DNA from: Acutalibacteraceae bacterium
GTDB taxonomy: Bacteria > Bacillota > Clostridia > Oscillospirales > Acutalibacteraceae
Direction: 5' to 3'
Assembly (NCBI GenBank): GCA_045596705.1
Contig: JAZOCW010000032.1
Coordinates: forward strand, 629 to 64,628
Length of the DNA stretch: 64,000 nt
Positions 8,529-17,934 of this stretch are shown here, piece after piece (the first letter of the stretch is position 1; the number at the start of each line of letters is the position of its first letter). The notes beneath the pieces are model-generated. The model saw only the letters and a list, made by a program, of their open reading frames with translations. It searched no databases and had not been told where the DNA came from. The translations under genes were made by a program, and so were the position numbers.

Positions 8529-11159
8529 TTAAACCTTTGCAGTCTTGCGCTGAATAAGCTTGACGATCTCTACGATCGGAATGGTCAAGAATGCAAGAAC
8601 CACTGCAACTCCGTACTCTGCAAGCGAGACAGGTGTAAATCCAAAAGCATTTGCTAAGAAGGGTATCTCACAAACAAGCGTTGTGGCAAGAACACTGCCG
8701 ATAGCGGCAAACATAAGTGTTTTATTATTGCTGCCTAATGTGAACAGACTGCCGCGCTGAGAACGCATATTAAAGCTGTGGAATATCTCGGCAAGACTCA
8801 TTGTAAGGAATGCCATTGTCATACCGTCAGCACTGTTTTCAATTGCAAATCTGCCGTGCTCAATAAAGTCACCGATAAAGTAAGACGCCAGGGTGAGTAT
8901 TGATACCATTATTCCCTGATAAGCAATATCAAAGCCCATACCGCCGGAGAAAATTCCTGCCTTTGCGTCACGCGGGCGGCGTTTCATTATTCCGGGCTCT
9001 GCTTTTTCCATTCCGAGTGCCAAAGCGGGGAAGCAATCGGTTACAAGATTTATCCAAAGAAGGTGTACCGGCTCAAGAATTGTAAAGCCGAGCAGGGTCG
9101 CAACGAATATCGAAATGACCTCACTCATATTAGAGCCAAGCAGGAACTGAATCGCCTTACGAATGTTGTCATATATTCGGCGGCCCTCTTCAACAGCACC
9201 TACGATGGTAGCAAAGTTGTCATCTGCAAGCACCATATCGGCAACGTTTTTAGTTACGTCGGTTCCGGTGATGCCCATTCCTACGCCGATATCGGCTGAT
9301 TTTATGGACGGTGCATCGTTTACACCGTCGCCTGTCATAGCGGTAACATAGCCCTCTGAACGCCAGGCATTTACTATTCGGGTCTTGTGCTCGGGCTGAA
9401 CACGGGCGTATACCGATATATCCTTAAAGCAGGCGGCAAACTCTTCGTCGCTCATCTTTGAAAGTTCGGTACCGGTTATAGCACGGCGGCCATCTTGAAG
9501 AATACCGAGTTCCTTAGCTATTGCCGTAGCGGTATCGATGTGGTCACCTGTTATCATTATAGCACGCACACCCGCCGAGTTGCACTGCTCTATAGCCGCC
9601 TTGACCTCGGGACGAACGGGGTCTATCATACCGGTAAGTCCCACAAAGCACAATTTCTCTTCAAGTGACGCAGGCGAGGTGTCCTCGGGAGCCTCATCAT
9701 AATATCTGACCGCGGCGGCAAGCACACGAAGCGCTCTGTCCGCCATACCCTTGTTGGCAGCCAATATCTGAGCACGGTAATCGTCGGTCATAGGAACTAT
9801 TTTACCATCCGATAAATAGCTTTCGCAACGGGCAAGCACCTCGTCGGGAGCGCCCTTGGTATACTGAACTGCCTTGCCGTCAACAGCGTGAACTGTCGAC
9901 ATCATTTTACGGTTGCTGTCAAACGGGGCTTCGCCGATTCTCGGAGTAGCCGCCGCAAGCTCGAACTTCTTAAGTCCGAGTGTATTTGCATAGGCAACGA
10001 GGGCAGCCTCGGTAGGCTCACCTGTTACGGTACCGTCATTTTTCAGCTCTGCATCCGAACAAAGTGCCATTGCGGTGGCAAGCAGTTTTTCATCGGTTGA
10101 GAAATGCTCAACTACCGTCATCTTATTCTGTGTAAGCGTACCTGTTTTATCAGAGCATATTATCTGAGCACAACCAAGTGTTTCGACAGCTGTAAGCCGA
10201 CGGATTATAGCGTTGCGCTTGGACATATTGGTAACGCCTATTGAAAGCACTACGGTAACAACGGCGGCAAGTCCCTCGGGAATTGCGGCAACCGCAAGCG
10301 ATACTGCTACCATAAAAGAATTGAGCACGGTTGAAAACTCGAGACCGTAGCGTATAAGCTGAACGCCGAAGATAACTACGCAGATTCCCAAAACAAGATA
10401 GGTCAGTATCTTTGAAAGCTGAGAAAGCTTCTTCTGCAACGGAGTCTGACCCTCTGCCGCGGTGTTGAGAGCATCAGCTATCTTGCCCATTTCGGTCTCC
10501 ATTCCGGTGCCGGTAACGACATATATACCGCGTCCGTAAACAACGGTACTACCCATATAGACCATGTTTTTACGGTCTCCCAGCGGAACCTCTGAAGAAT
10601 CCTTAAGATTGATTATGTCTATAAACTTGTCGACAGGTACACTCTCACCCGTCAACGCCGCTTCCTCTATTTTCAGGCTGGCGCTCTCTAAAATACGTCC
10701 GTCGGCAGGAACCGAATCGCCCGCTTCGAGTATAACTATGTCACCTACGACAAGATCCTCACTCTTTATCTGGGTGATCTGGCCGTCGCGCAGCACCTTC
10801 GAGGTCGCCGCACTCATCTGCTGTAATGCCTCGAGGGCCCGTTCTGCCTTGTTTTCCTGATAAACGCCGAGCACAGCGTTGACCACTACAACGAAGAGTA
10901 TGATTATAACATCTGTAAAGCCTTCGTTGCTGATAGCAGCCGTAACCGCGCTGATGGCCGCTGCCGCCAGCAGTATTATGGTCATGGGGTCAGCCATTTG
11001 GGCAAAAAACTGCTGTATGAGAGAGGGTTTTTTTGCCTCTTTCAGTTTGTTTTTGCCGTTTTTCTCGAGTCGCTTTGCCGCCTCGTCAGAGGAAAGCCCT
11101 CCCCTGTCAGAGCAAGTTTCCCTCAAAGTCTCCTCAATGCTGTCAGAGTAGAATTTCAT
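8529..11159 (-). CDS. calcium-translocating P-type ATPase (P2A/PMCA-SERCA-like)
   Basis: 876 aa with the DKTGTLT phosphorylation motif, TGES, MITGD, TGDGVNDAPS and 10 predicted TM segments. Confidence 0.9.
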   Translation of the reverse strand: MKFYSDSIEETLRETCSDRGGLSSDEAAKRLEKNGKNKLKEAKKPSLIQQFFAQMADPMTIILLAAAAISAVTAAISNEGFTDVIIILFVVVVNAVLGVYQENKAERALEALQQMSAATSKVLRDGQITQIKSEDLVVGDIVILEAGDSVPADGRILESASLKIEEAALTGESVPVDKFIDIINLKDSSEVPLGDRKNMVYMGSTVVYGRGIYVVTGTGMETEMGKIADALNTAAEGQTPLQKKLSQLSKILTYLVLGICVVIFGVQLIRYGLEFSTVLNSFMVAVSLAVAAIPEGLAAVVTVVLSIGVTNMSKRNAIIRRLTAVETLGCAQIICSDKTGTLTQNKMTVVEHFSTDEKLLATAMALCSDAELKNDGTVTGEPTEAALVAYANTLGLKKFELAAATPRIGEAPFDSNRKMMSTVHAVDGKAVQYTKGAPDEVLARCESYLSDGKIVPMTDDYRAQILAANKGMADRALRVLAAAVRYYDEAPEDTSPASLEEKLCFVGLTGMIDPVRPEVKAAIEQCNSAGVRAIMITGDHIDTATAIAKELGILQDGRRAITGTELSKMSDEEFAACFKDISVYARVQPEHKTRIVNAWRSEGYVTAMTGDGVNDAPSIKSADIGVGMGITGTDVTKNVADMVLADDNFATIVGAVEEGRRIYDNIRKAIQFLLGSNMSEVISIFVATLLGFTILEPVHLLWINLVTDCFPALALGMEKAEPGIMKRRPRDAKAGIFSGGMGFDIAYQGIMVSILTLASYFIGDFIEHGRFAIENSADGMTMAFLTMSLAEIFHSFNMRSQRGSLFTLGSNNKTLMFAAIGSVLATTLVCEIPFLANAFGFTPVSLAEYGVAVVLAFLTIPIVEIVKLIQRKTAKV

Positions 11160-11341
11160 TTCTGTTTCTTCCTTTTTTGTTTTTTAAGGCCTGTAGGTTT
11201 ATAAAAAAAGCGAACAGAAAGCGGATTCGCCCGTTTTCCGTCCGCAAGTCTTATCATTTAATTCAGTCCAGAACTACGTTCGTGTGTTGGACATGAAGCG
11301 CAAGCGCCGATTACTCCCTTACAGAACCTTTATTTACCATT

Positions 11342-11370
11342 ATTTTATTCCTAACAGAAACATTTGTCAA
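11342..11370 (-). promoter_or_regulatory. sigma-A type promoter TTGACA-17-TAAAAT
   Basis: Minus-strand TTGACA at 11370..11365 and TAAAAT at 11347..11342. This is about 180 nt upstream of the ATPase start. Confidence 0.45.
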
Positions 11371-11385
11371 GTAAAACTTATCGAA

Positions 11386-11985
11386 CTAGTGAGCGGTATA
11401 GGGTGCAAGCTCCAAACGTATGAAATATCCTCTGTCGTGACTGCATACGGGACAGATCGGCGGCGCCTGCTTAAGCGACATAATATTGCCGCAATTAAGA
11501 CACATCCATTTGCACTCGCTGTCGGATACAAATAATTTATCCTGTTTTATCAGATCTGCAAGCTGTGCAAAGCGTTCTCCGTGGGTCTTTTCTATCTCGG
11601 CAATGCTGTAAAAAAGGTTTGCAATTGGTAAAAACTCCTCCTGCTTTGCGGTGTCGCCGAAATATTTATAAACATCGCCGTACTCCTCCATCTCGTTATG
11701 AGCGGCAAAACGCAACAGGTCCTCGACCGAATTTGAGATATCAACAGGATAACCTCCGTCGATCTCAATAGTCTCGCCCGCCGACTCGGTCAGTTTTTCA
11801 TAAAACACCTTAGCGTGCGCCAACTCCTGCTCAGCGGTAAAACGGAAGACCGCCTCTACCACATAAAGCTTCTGTGAACGTGCCTGTTCAGCCGCAAAAG
11901 TATAGCGGTTGCGCGCCTGGCTCTCACCCGCAAAGGCTCTCATCAAATTTTCTTTTGTTTTGCTTTCTTTAAAATTAACCGGCAT
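11386..11985 (-). CDS. rbr: rubrerythrin
   Basis: 199 aa with a ferritin-like diiron domain (E..H motifs) and a C-terminal rubredoxin-type CLNC...CPVC. Confidence 0.9.
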   Translation of the reverse strand: MPVNFKESKTKENLMRAFAGESQARNRYTFAAEQARSQKLYVVEAVFRFTAEQELAHAKVFYEKLTESAGETIEIDGGYPVDISNSVEDLLRFAAHNEMEEYGDVYKYFGDTAKQEEFLPIANLFYSIAEIEKTHGERFAQLADLIKQDKLFVSDSECKWMCLNCGNIMSLKQAPPICPVCSHDRGYFIRLELAPYTAH

Positions 11986-12039
11986 TTATATTCTCCCTTT
12001 CTTTTTTTACTATTTTTACCTGTGAAAGGGAAAATATAC

Positions 12040-12071
12040 AAAAAGCCTTTCACTAATTTGTGAAAGGCTTT
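12040..12071 (-). terminator. intrinsic terminator after the thioesterase gene
   Basis: 12-bp stem aaagcctttcac/gtgaaaggcttt with a T-run on the minus strand. Confidence 0.75.
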
Positions 12072-12075
12072 CTCA

Positions 12076-12798
12076 TTATTTCAAATCCATCTTACACATA
12101 AACATCACGGTCCCGTCATCAGCGGTACCCTTTGCAAGAATTTCTTTGCCGTTACGCTCGGTAAATATGCTGAGTGCTGTACCGTCCTTTACCTCGTGAC
12201 GGTAGTCTATCTGAACCGTTTCTATTTCGTCCGCAACGTTAGGCTCCAGTGCATCGAGCACGAAATTAGCATATTTTGTATTATTGACATGCCCGTTTAT
12301 ATCCAGCTGGGAAAAACCCGCCTGCAATGAATACCCTTTACCGACCGTCTCGAAATCTGCAACCTTCCGCAACTTTCCTTCAAATGACTGCTGTGTTAAA
12401 AACTCCAAGCCCTCGGGATAAACATCTTGCACAGGAACAAGACATCGGTTTTCACTATGCATCATAACCCAGTCGGACGAGCCTTTTACTACGGGGGTTC
12501 CGTCCTCTTTCTCTATAAGATATTCGCGGCGAAAGCCGACGCGCGAGGGAGCAAGCGGCCAGGTGTGCACCCGCACCTTATCAAACATATGCACCTTTGA
12601 CAATACCTGATACTTGACCCTGACAAGCACCCACATCAGCTTGCGGCTTATGAGATCGTCAAACCCGCATCCGAGTTGCTTTGCGTGGATACCCGCTACA
12701 TCCTGAAACAGGTCGAGCACCGAAGCCGGCTGCAGTCTTCCAAAGCAATCAAAATCCGATGTTCGCATATAATATTCACGCTGAAATTCGGGTTCCAT
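12076..12798 (-). CDS. acyl-ACP thioesterase
   Basis: I chose the start MEPEFQREYY, with GAGGTG upstream. It is a double hot-dog family protein with the typical FDCFGRLQPASVLDLFQDVAG. Confidence 0.8.
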   Translation of the reverse strand: MEPEFQREYYMRTSDFDCFGRLQPASVLDLFQDVAGIHAKQLGCGFDDLISRKLMWVLVRVKYQVLSKVHMFDKVRVHTWPLAPSRVGFRREYLIEKEDGTPVVKGSSDWVMMHSENRCLVPVQDVYPEGLEFLTQQSFEGKLRKVADFETVGKGYSLQAGFSQLDINGHVNNTKYANFVLDALEPNVADEIETVQIDYRHEVKDGTALSIFTERNGKEILAKGTADDGTVMFMCKMDLK

Positions 12799-12944
12799 TT
12801 TTTTCACCTCAATGACTTGACAAACCCTAATTCCACTCCTATGGTGAGAATTGTGGGCTGAAAATATGAATACATTATACCACCCTCCACCCGATATTTT
12901 CAACCACCTAAAACGACCAAATATAATTTTTAAGAGGAGAAAAA

Positions 12945-14003
12945 ATGGAAATCAAATATATACCCGTACATTTCAGCGACGGCTCAGCCGACTGCTCACC
13001 CGTCGTTACACAATGGGACAGAGGACAGATGCTTAAAATAACAGGGCTTTCTCTCCCGTCTGCCGCCGAATTTCATTTCGGCAATGCGACAACCGAACAG
13101 CTTTTGATGGTTGCAGGTATAACCGAAAACGGCGTTACCACGGTGCAAATACCTAACGCTCTGCTTTGTGAGCCTCACAACATATATTTATATATCTACG
13201 CCTGTGACGGTGACATCGGACGTACCGTATACCGAATAGATTTAAATATGCGGACCCGTCTGTGTCCAGAGGAGATATCTTCCGACCCGAACGATCCACA
13301 CTATTTAAACGGTCTTTCCGAGCTTATTCAGTCGGTATCGGACGCTACCGAAAATATTAATGCCGCCAAAGCACAGATAGATGAGGCCGCGGCGACCGCA
13401 ACCGAACAAATAGAAGCAGCGGCGGCTCAGGCTCAGGCAATAGCCGATACACTATCACCTGCCGACCCGCACTATGATCCCGAAAGCTGGGTTGCACAAA
13501 GCGGTACAGCCGTTGCAGAGGCTATAGCCGAAGCTAACGATTACACCGACGGACAGATCCGCAACCTTTGCATAATGGGCAAAGGCGTACCCGAAGACAC
13601 AAATTCCGGCCTAACGCTGGACGGGGATTTCGTCGGACAGTTTTATCTCGATACGCTTACAGGCGACCTGTATCAATTTTGTTTCCCCGATAAGCCATAT
13701 AACGAACGCTGGCTAAGGGTAATAAACCAAAACGGTATAGAAGAACTGAAGTATGAGCACAACTCCCAGGCCGGTCTTGTTACCAACGCAAAAGAAGCTC
13801 TTGACCTTTTGCTCGGCGACGTAGTCAATCAGGTGTACGAAAACTTTAACAAAGTAACCGACCTAGAAGGTACAGTCCCTGCACTCTACTACAACAAAGA
13901 AGAGATAGACGAATACCGCCAAAACACCATAGGCAGTATTGAAACCGCTCTTGACAGTATTATAGCAATCCAAAATTCGCTTATAGGCGGTGATAGTGAA
14001 TGA
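12945..14003 (+). CDS. phage tail fibre / baseplate upper protein-like (BppU-N-like N-terminus, Ala-rich coiled coil)
   Basis: 352 aa. The N-terminal VVTQWDRGQMLKITGL...AEFHFGN resembles BppU_N-type domains. The central part is AAKAQIDEAAATATEQIEAAAAQAQAIA. Confidence 0.55.
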   Translation: MEIKYIPVHFSDGSADCSPVVTQWDRGQMLKITGLSLPSAAEFHFGNATTEQLLMVAGITENGVTTVQIPNALLCEPHNIYLYIYACDGDIGRTVYRIDLNMRTRLCPEEISSDPNDPHYLNGLSELIQSVSDATENINAAKAQIDEAAATATEQIEAAAAQAQAIADTLSPADPHYDPESWVAQSGTAVAEAIAEANDYTDGQIRNLCIMGKGVPEDTNSGLTLDGDFVGQFYLDTLTGDLYQFCFPDKPYNERWLRVINQNGIEELKYEHNSQAGLVTNAKEALDLLLGDVVNQVYENFNKVTDLEGTVPALYYNKEEIDEYRQNTIGSIETALDSIIAIQNSLIGGDSE

Positions 14004-14779
14004 GTATAGAAGAAAAGCTCACAACCATTGCCGAGAACGAGCAAAAGGTCTATGATGCCGGTTTTGCGGCAGGGCAAGCACAGGGCGGCGGTGAAGATTC
14101 CCAGTGGTGGCTTGATTGGTTTGAATCTAAGACTGATATTAAGAATTTATTTCTTGGTTCAGCAATAACGTATATCCCTGAATTTTTAGATTTCAGTCAT
14201 ATTACAAATGCTAATTTCGCTTTTAGACAATGCCTTAATATTCAGCAGGAGTCTTTTTATATGAATAGCTGTAATGCTAAAGATTTAGGTTATTTATTTT
14301 ATCAAAGCAATTGTGGACTAAAAGAACTGACTATTGATGTTAGTAACGCTGAAAATATAAGTGGATTGGTTGGTCAAGACTGCTCTATTCAAAGGGTTAA
14401 CTTCATAGGAAATTGCAGTAAAGTTAAGGAATCTACAAACCTTGCTCTTTGGGGAGCATTAAAAGAAATTCATTGCTATACCGACGAAACAATGACAGAG
14501 GAAATACCTTTAGATTTCAGTAACAATACATCAGCAAATACGTTTTATTATGCGCCTTCATTAAAAAGTATCAGCTTTGCTCCTGAATGCATTAAGGTTT
14601 CTATGGTTATTAATTCAAGTGTTTTAACAAATGAATCTATACAAAGCGTTATCGACGGTCTTGCAGATTTAACAGGCGGTACAACACAGACACTTACGGT
14701 GCATTCTACCGTAGGGAATAATCTAACCGACACACAAAAGGCAACTATAACGGCCAAAAATTGGACTTTGGTATATTAA
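14000..14779 (+). CDS. phage-associated leucine-rich-repeat (BspA-type) protein, putative receptor-binding accessory
   Basis: 259 aa with an ATGA overlap onto the previous gene. The N-terminal EKLTTIAENEQKVYDAGFAAGQ is typical of Firmicutes phage fibre-associated proteins. The C-terminal end is ...TAKNWTLVY. Confidence 0.5.
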   Translation: MSIEEKLTTIAENEQKVYDAGFAAGQAQGGGEDSQWWLDWFESKTDIKNLFLGSAITYIPEFLDFSHITNANFAFRQCLNIQQESFYMNSCNAKDLGYLFYQSNCGLKELTIDVSNAENISGLVGQDCSIQRVNFIGNCSKVKESTNLALWGALKEIHCYTDETMTEEIPLDFSNNTSANTFYYAPSLKSISFAPECIKVSMVINSSVLTNESIQSVIDGLADLTGGTTQTLTVHSTVGNNLTDTQKATITAKNWTLVY

Positions 14780-14790
14780 GGAGGAACTTA

Positions 14791-14961
14791 ATGAAAACAG
14801 AAACTATTAAACAAATTATCTTAACCGCAGACGAGGGTATGTATATTACCAATGGCAAAACCTTCGGCAAAACGATAATATTACCCGACGGCGCCGATGT
14901 TGATGTCTGGTATGAGATAACCGAAGCTGAATACTCACAAAGCTTAAAGGAGGCAAATTAA
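14791..14961 (+). CDS. small phage protein (56 aa)
   Basis: ATG 5 nt after AAGGAGG. The position between the fibre genes and the endolysin is typical of prophage modules. Confidence 0.4.
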   Translation: MKTETIKQIILTADEGMYITNGKTFGKTIILPDGADVDVWYEITEAEYSQSLKEAN

Positions 14962-15912
14962 ATGTTTAAAATCGCACTCAACGCAGGTCACGGACTTTAT
15001 ACAGCAGGCAAACGCTGTTTAGCGGCGCTTGACCCGAATGAAACAAGGGAATGGACACTCAACTCCCGAATCTGTAACAAGATAGAGGAAAAGCTTAGAT
15101 CCTATACCGGCTACGAGCTTTTAAGGCTTGACGACCCCACGGGACAGACCGATGTAGCGCTCAAGGCTCGCACCGATAAGGCTAACGGCTTCGGGGCCGA
15201 CTTCTATCTGTCTATACATCACAACGCGGGTATAGGCGGCGGCACGGGCGGCGGTGTTATAGCATTTGTTTATCCAAACGTAGATAGTGTTACACTCAGC
15301 TGGCAGCAGGCACTTTACAACGCCGTTGTAGAAAAGGGAGGACTTAGGGGCAACCGCTCTACCCCGCTTGCTAAAAAGGATCTGCACGAGCTGAGAGAAA
15401 GCAATATGCCTGCCGTACTTATAGAATGCGGCTTTATGGACAGCGCCACGGACGTACCCGTAATACTGACCGATGACTATGCCGACAAGGTAGCGTCAGC
15501 CTGTGTAGATGTCTTGGCACAAAAGGGCGGGCTTTCAAAAACAGCCCCACCGGCTCCCGCGGAAAAGAGTATTGACGATATTGCCTATGAGGTAATACGA
15601 GGTGACTGGGGCAACGGTGCCGACCGTGTAAACCGACTGACCGCCGCAGGTTATAACGCAAGTGAGATTCAGGCAAGGGTAAACGCTATAAAGGGTACTG
15701 CCCCTGCAGCACCTTCTGTTTCATACTTTTCAGCATACACCGGCAATTCGGGAAGCATCGTTACTGCGCTTAACTCTTTAGGCGTTACCTCGACCTTTGC
15801 ATACCGCAAACAGATAGCGGTCGCAAACGGTATTTCCTCTTATACGGGAACTGCGGCACAGAATATAAGACTGCTGAATCTTTTAAAGCAGGGTATGTTA
15901 ATAAAACCGTAG
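14962..15912 (+). CDS. N-acetylmuramoyl-L-alanine amidase endolysin (Amidase_3 plus CW_7-like repeat)
   Basis: 316 aa with NAGHG, LSIHHNAG and IECGFMDS. The CW_7/Cpl-7-like motif is VIRGDWGNGADRVNRLTAAGYNASEIQARVNAI. Confidence 0.85.
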   Translation: MFKIALNAGHGLYTAGKRCLAALDPNETREWTLNSRICNKIEEKLRSYTGYELLRLDDPTGQTDVALKARTDKANGFGADFYLSIHHNAGIGGGTGGGVIAFVYPNVDSVTLSWQQALYNAVVEKGGLRGNRSTPLAKKDLHELRESNMPAVLIECGFMDSATDVPVILTDDYADKVASACVDVLAQKGGLSKTAPPAPAEKSIDDIAYEVIRGDWGNGADRVNRLTAAGYNASEIQARVNAIKGTAPAAPSVSYFSAYTGNSGSIVTALNSLGVTSTFAYRKQIAVANGISSYTGTAAQNIRLLNLLKQGMLIKP

Positions 15913-15921
15913 GGGGACGTT

Positions 15922-16206
15922 ATGGAGCAGATACTTGCCGTTGCCGGAGGAATAACCGGCATTGCTGCAGCTGCTGTAATAGTATGGAAGGTAATAACCT
16001 GGATGCGCAGACTTGTAGAAAGTGAACGCTGTCAGCTGAGAAGTCTTATGCTTCGCACCTATTACAACCATCACGCAACAAAGCAGGTGCGGCAGTATGA
16101 ATATGAGAACTTTGAAAAATCCTATGCCGCGTACAAAGCCTTAAACGGCAACTCGTTTATAGATAAGATATACGATGAGGTACGCGAATGGGAAATAGTA
16201 ACGTAA
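15922..16206 (+). CDS. single-pass membrane protein of the lysis module (94 aa)
   Basis: N-terminal TM segment AVAGGITGIAAAAVIVW. It lies between the endolysin and the holin. Confidence 0.45.
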   Translation: MEQILAVAGGITGIAAAAVIVWKVITWMRRLVESERCQLRSLMLRTYYNHHATKQVRQYEYENFEKSYAAYKALNGNSFIDKIYDEVREWEIVT

Positions 16207-16219
16207 AGGAGGTTGAAAA

Positions 16220-16471
16220 ATGGAGTTTTTACAGGATTATGTTGTAGTAATAGTGCTGGGCATCTGCCTTTGTGTCGGTTACATAATAAAGCACGTAATA
16301 CCCGGCGAGACTGTCAACAGGTTCATACCGCTTATAATGGGTGTGCTGGGGATAGGTCTTAACATATGGATAAACCTGTCTGTAACACCCGCTATCGTGC
16401 TCGGCGGTCTTGTTTCGGGCCTTGCGTCCACAGGTATGCACGAGGCGTTTAAGCAGGTTATTAAGAAATAA
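16220..16471 (+). CDS. phage holin (phiLC3 / Phage_holin_5-like)
   Basis: 83 aa with AAGGAGG upstream, 2-3 TM segments and a charged C-terminal end KQVIKK. Confidence 0.65.
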   Translation: MEFLQDYVVVIVLGICLCVGYIIKHVIPGETVNRFIPLIMGVLGIGLNIWINLSVTPAIVLGGLVSGLASTGMHEAFKQVIKK

Positions 16472-16474
16472 TAT

Positions 16475-16509
16475 AAAAAAGGATTCCCTCATCCGAGGGA
16501 ATCCTTTTT
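16475..16509. terminator. bidirectional intrinsic terminator
   Basis: 10-bp stem ggattccctc/gagggaatcc, flanked by an A-run and a T-run. Confidence 0.8.
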
Positions 16510-17923
16510 ATTTTTTGCTGTTATCTGTTATCTTCTTGCTGTCCTCTGCCGAAAAGCCTTCTGTGCTCTCACGCATAAACATTATCTTTACGGTCATAAG
16601 CAACAGACGGATATCAAGAAAGAATGAATAGTTTTGAATATACATCAGATCAAGTTGGAGCTTATCATACGGAGTAGTGTTATACTTTCCGTAAAGCTGG
16701 GCATATCCGGTTATGCCTCCGCGAACCTTTAGTCTGTAATGGAACTCGGGGATCTGCTCGGTATACTGCTTTACGTGTTCGACCCTTTCGGGGCGCGGGC
16801 CTACGATACTCATATCACCCACAAGCACGTCAATAAGCTGAGGAAGCTCGTCCATGCGCGTTGCCCGCAAGATACGGCCGACAGGAGTAAGCCTTGGGTC
16901 GGATTTCTCCGTCGGGTGGGGTGCTCCGTCCTTTTCAGCATCCACTATCATACTTCTGAACTTATGGATCCTGAAAACCTTGCCGTCAAGGGTGCACCTC
17001 TCCTGCCTGAAGAACACGGGTCCGCCGTCACAAAGCTTTATCGCAATTGCAGAAATCAAAAATATCGGTGAAGTCAGTATGAGCATCACAAACGAAACGA
17101 TTATATCGAAGCCTCGTTTGAGCAGTTGCTGTTCAACGGTAAGCCCTATGTTGCGGTAAAGCAGAAGCGGAGTATCAAACATATGCAGGCACTCTGATCC
17201 GCGAATCAGTATATCCGAGATCTTCGTGGTAGCATAGGTGCGGATGTTATTCTCAAAGCAGATCTTCAATATCTTATTTCTTGTTTCAGCATGAACGTCG
17301 TATATTATTACACATTCGGACTCTTTTATAAGCTCTTCAAGTCCGGTTATTCCGAGCGAAACATTTACTATCTTGTTAACAACGAACTTGTCCTTACGCT
17401 TTGATATCTTGTGTAAAAACACGTCCGGAGAATATCTGTCGTATATAATAAGCGTGTGTTTTGCGGGGAATATCCATCGAAGCAGACCGTCGCCGACAAG
17501 CGTTATTAACACTATAACTATAACATCGGCCGCCAGCATCCACAAAAGCGGAAAAACAGTTACAAATCTTGCCGCCATCAGCACTATCTGCAAATAGATT
17601 ATAAACGCAGTCGCCGCAGCCGCAAGGGTCTGTCCTATAATTATGTTTGCTTTCCTATAACGGCCGTATTTCAGTCCGTCAAAGGTATTGAGAAATACAA
17701 TAAATAAGATTGCATAAACCGCAAAGAAAAACCAGTGTCCCTTTTGAACAAACGGCAGTACTATGTAATTGTTATATTCGGTCAACCAAGCGTGCGCAAA
17801 AATTGCTGTATTTGATAATACTAATACAACACTTAAAAAAAACTTGAATATCTTTTTGTATTTTTCGTAGTTCTGCTTCAAAGAATCACTTCCCTGATTT
17901 CCTAACTTCCGTCCGATATACAT
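16508..17923 (-). CDS. polyprenyl-phosphate glycosyl-1-phosphate transferase (WbaP/EpsL-type bacterial sugar transferase)
   Basis: 471 aa with an N-terminal TM bundle and the C-terminal conserved RPGITGYAQ-like GGITGYAQL, DELPQL and VGPRP. Confidence 0.85.
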   Translation of the reverse strand: MYIGRKLGNQGSDSLKQNYEKYKKIFKFFLSVVLVLSNTAIFAHAWLTEYNNYIVLPFVQKGHWFFFAVYAILFIVFLNTFDGLKYGRYRKANIIIGQTLAAAATAFIIYLQIVLMAARFVTVFPLLWMLAADVIVIVLITLVGDGLLRWIFPAKHTLIIYDRYSPDVFLHKISKRKDKFVVNKIVNVSLGITGLEELIKESECVIIYDVHAETRNKILKICFENNIRTYATTKISDILIRGSECLHMFDTPLLLYRNIGLTVEQQLLKRGFDIIVSFVMLILTSPIFLISAIAIKLCDGGPVFFRQERCTLDGKVFRIHKFRSMIVDAEKDGAPHPTEKSDPRLTPVGRILRATRMDELPQLIDVLVGDMSIVGPRPERVEHVKQYTEQIPEFHYRLKVRGGITGYAQLYGKYNTTPYDKLQLDLMYIQNYSFFLDIRLLLMTVKIMFMRESTEGFSAEDSKKITDNSKK

Positions 17924-17934
17924 AGAACGTAAAA

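Larger units (their letters stand above)
12945..16471 (+). mobile_element. prophage remnant: tail-fibre plus lysis cassette only
   Basis: Six co-directional genes are translationally coupled or closely spaced (tail fibre-like, LRR, small protein, amidase endolysin, TM protein, holin). No integrase, terminase, capsid or tail-tube genes lie on either side. Confidence 0.75.
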
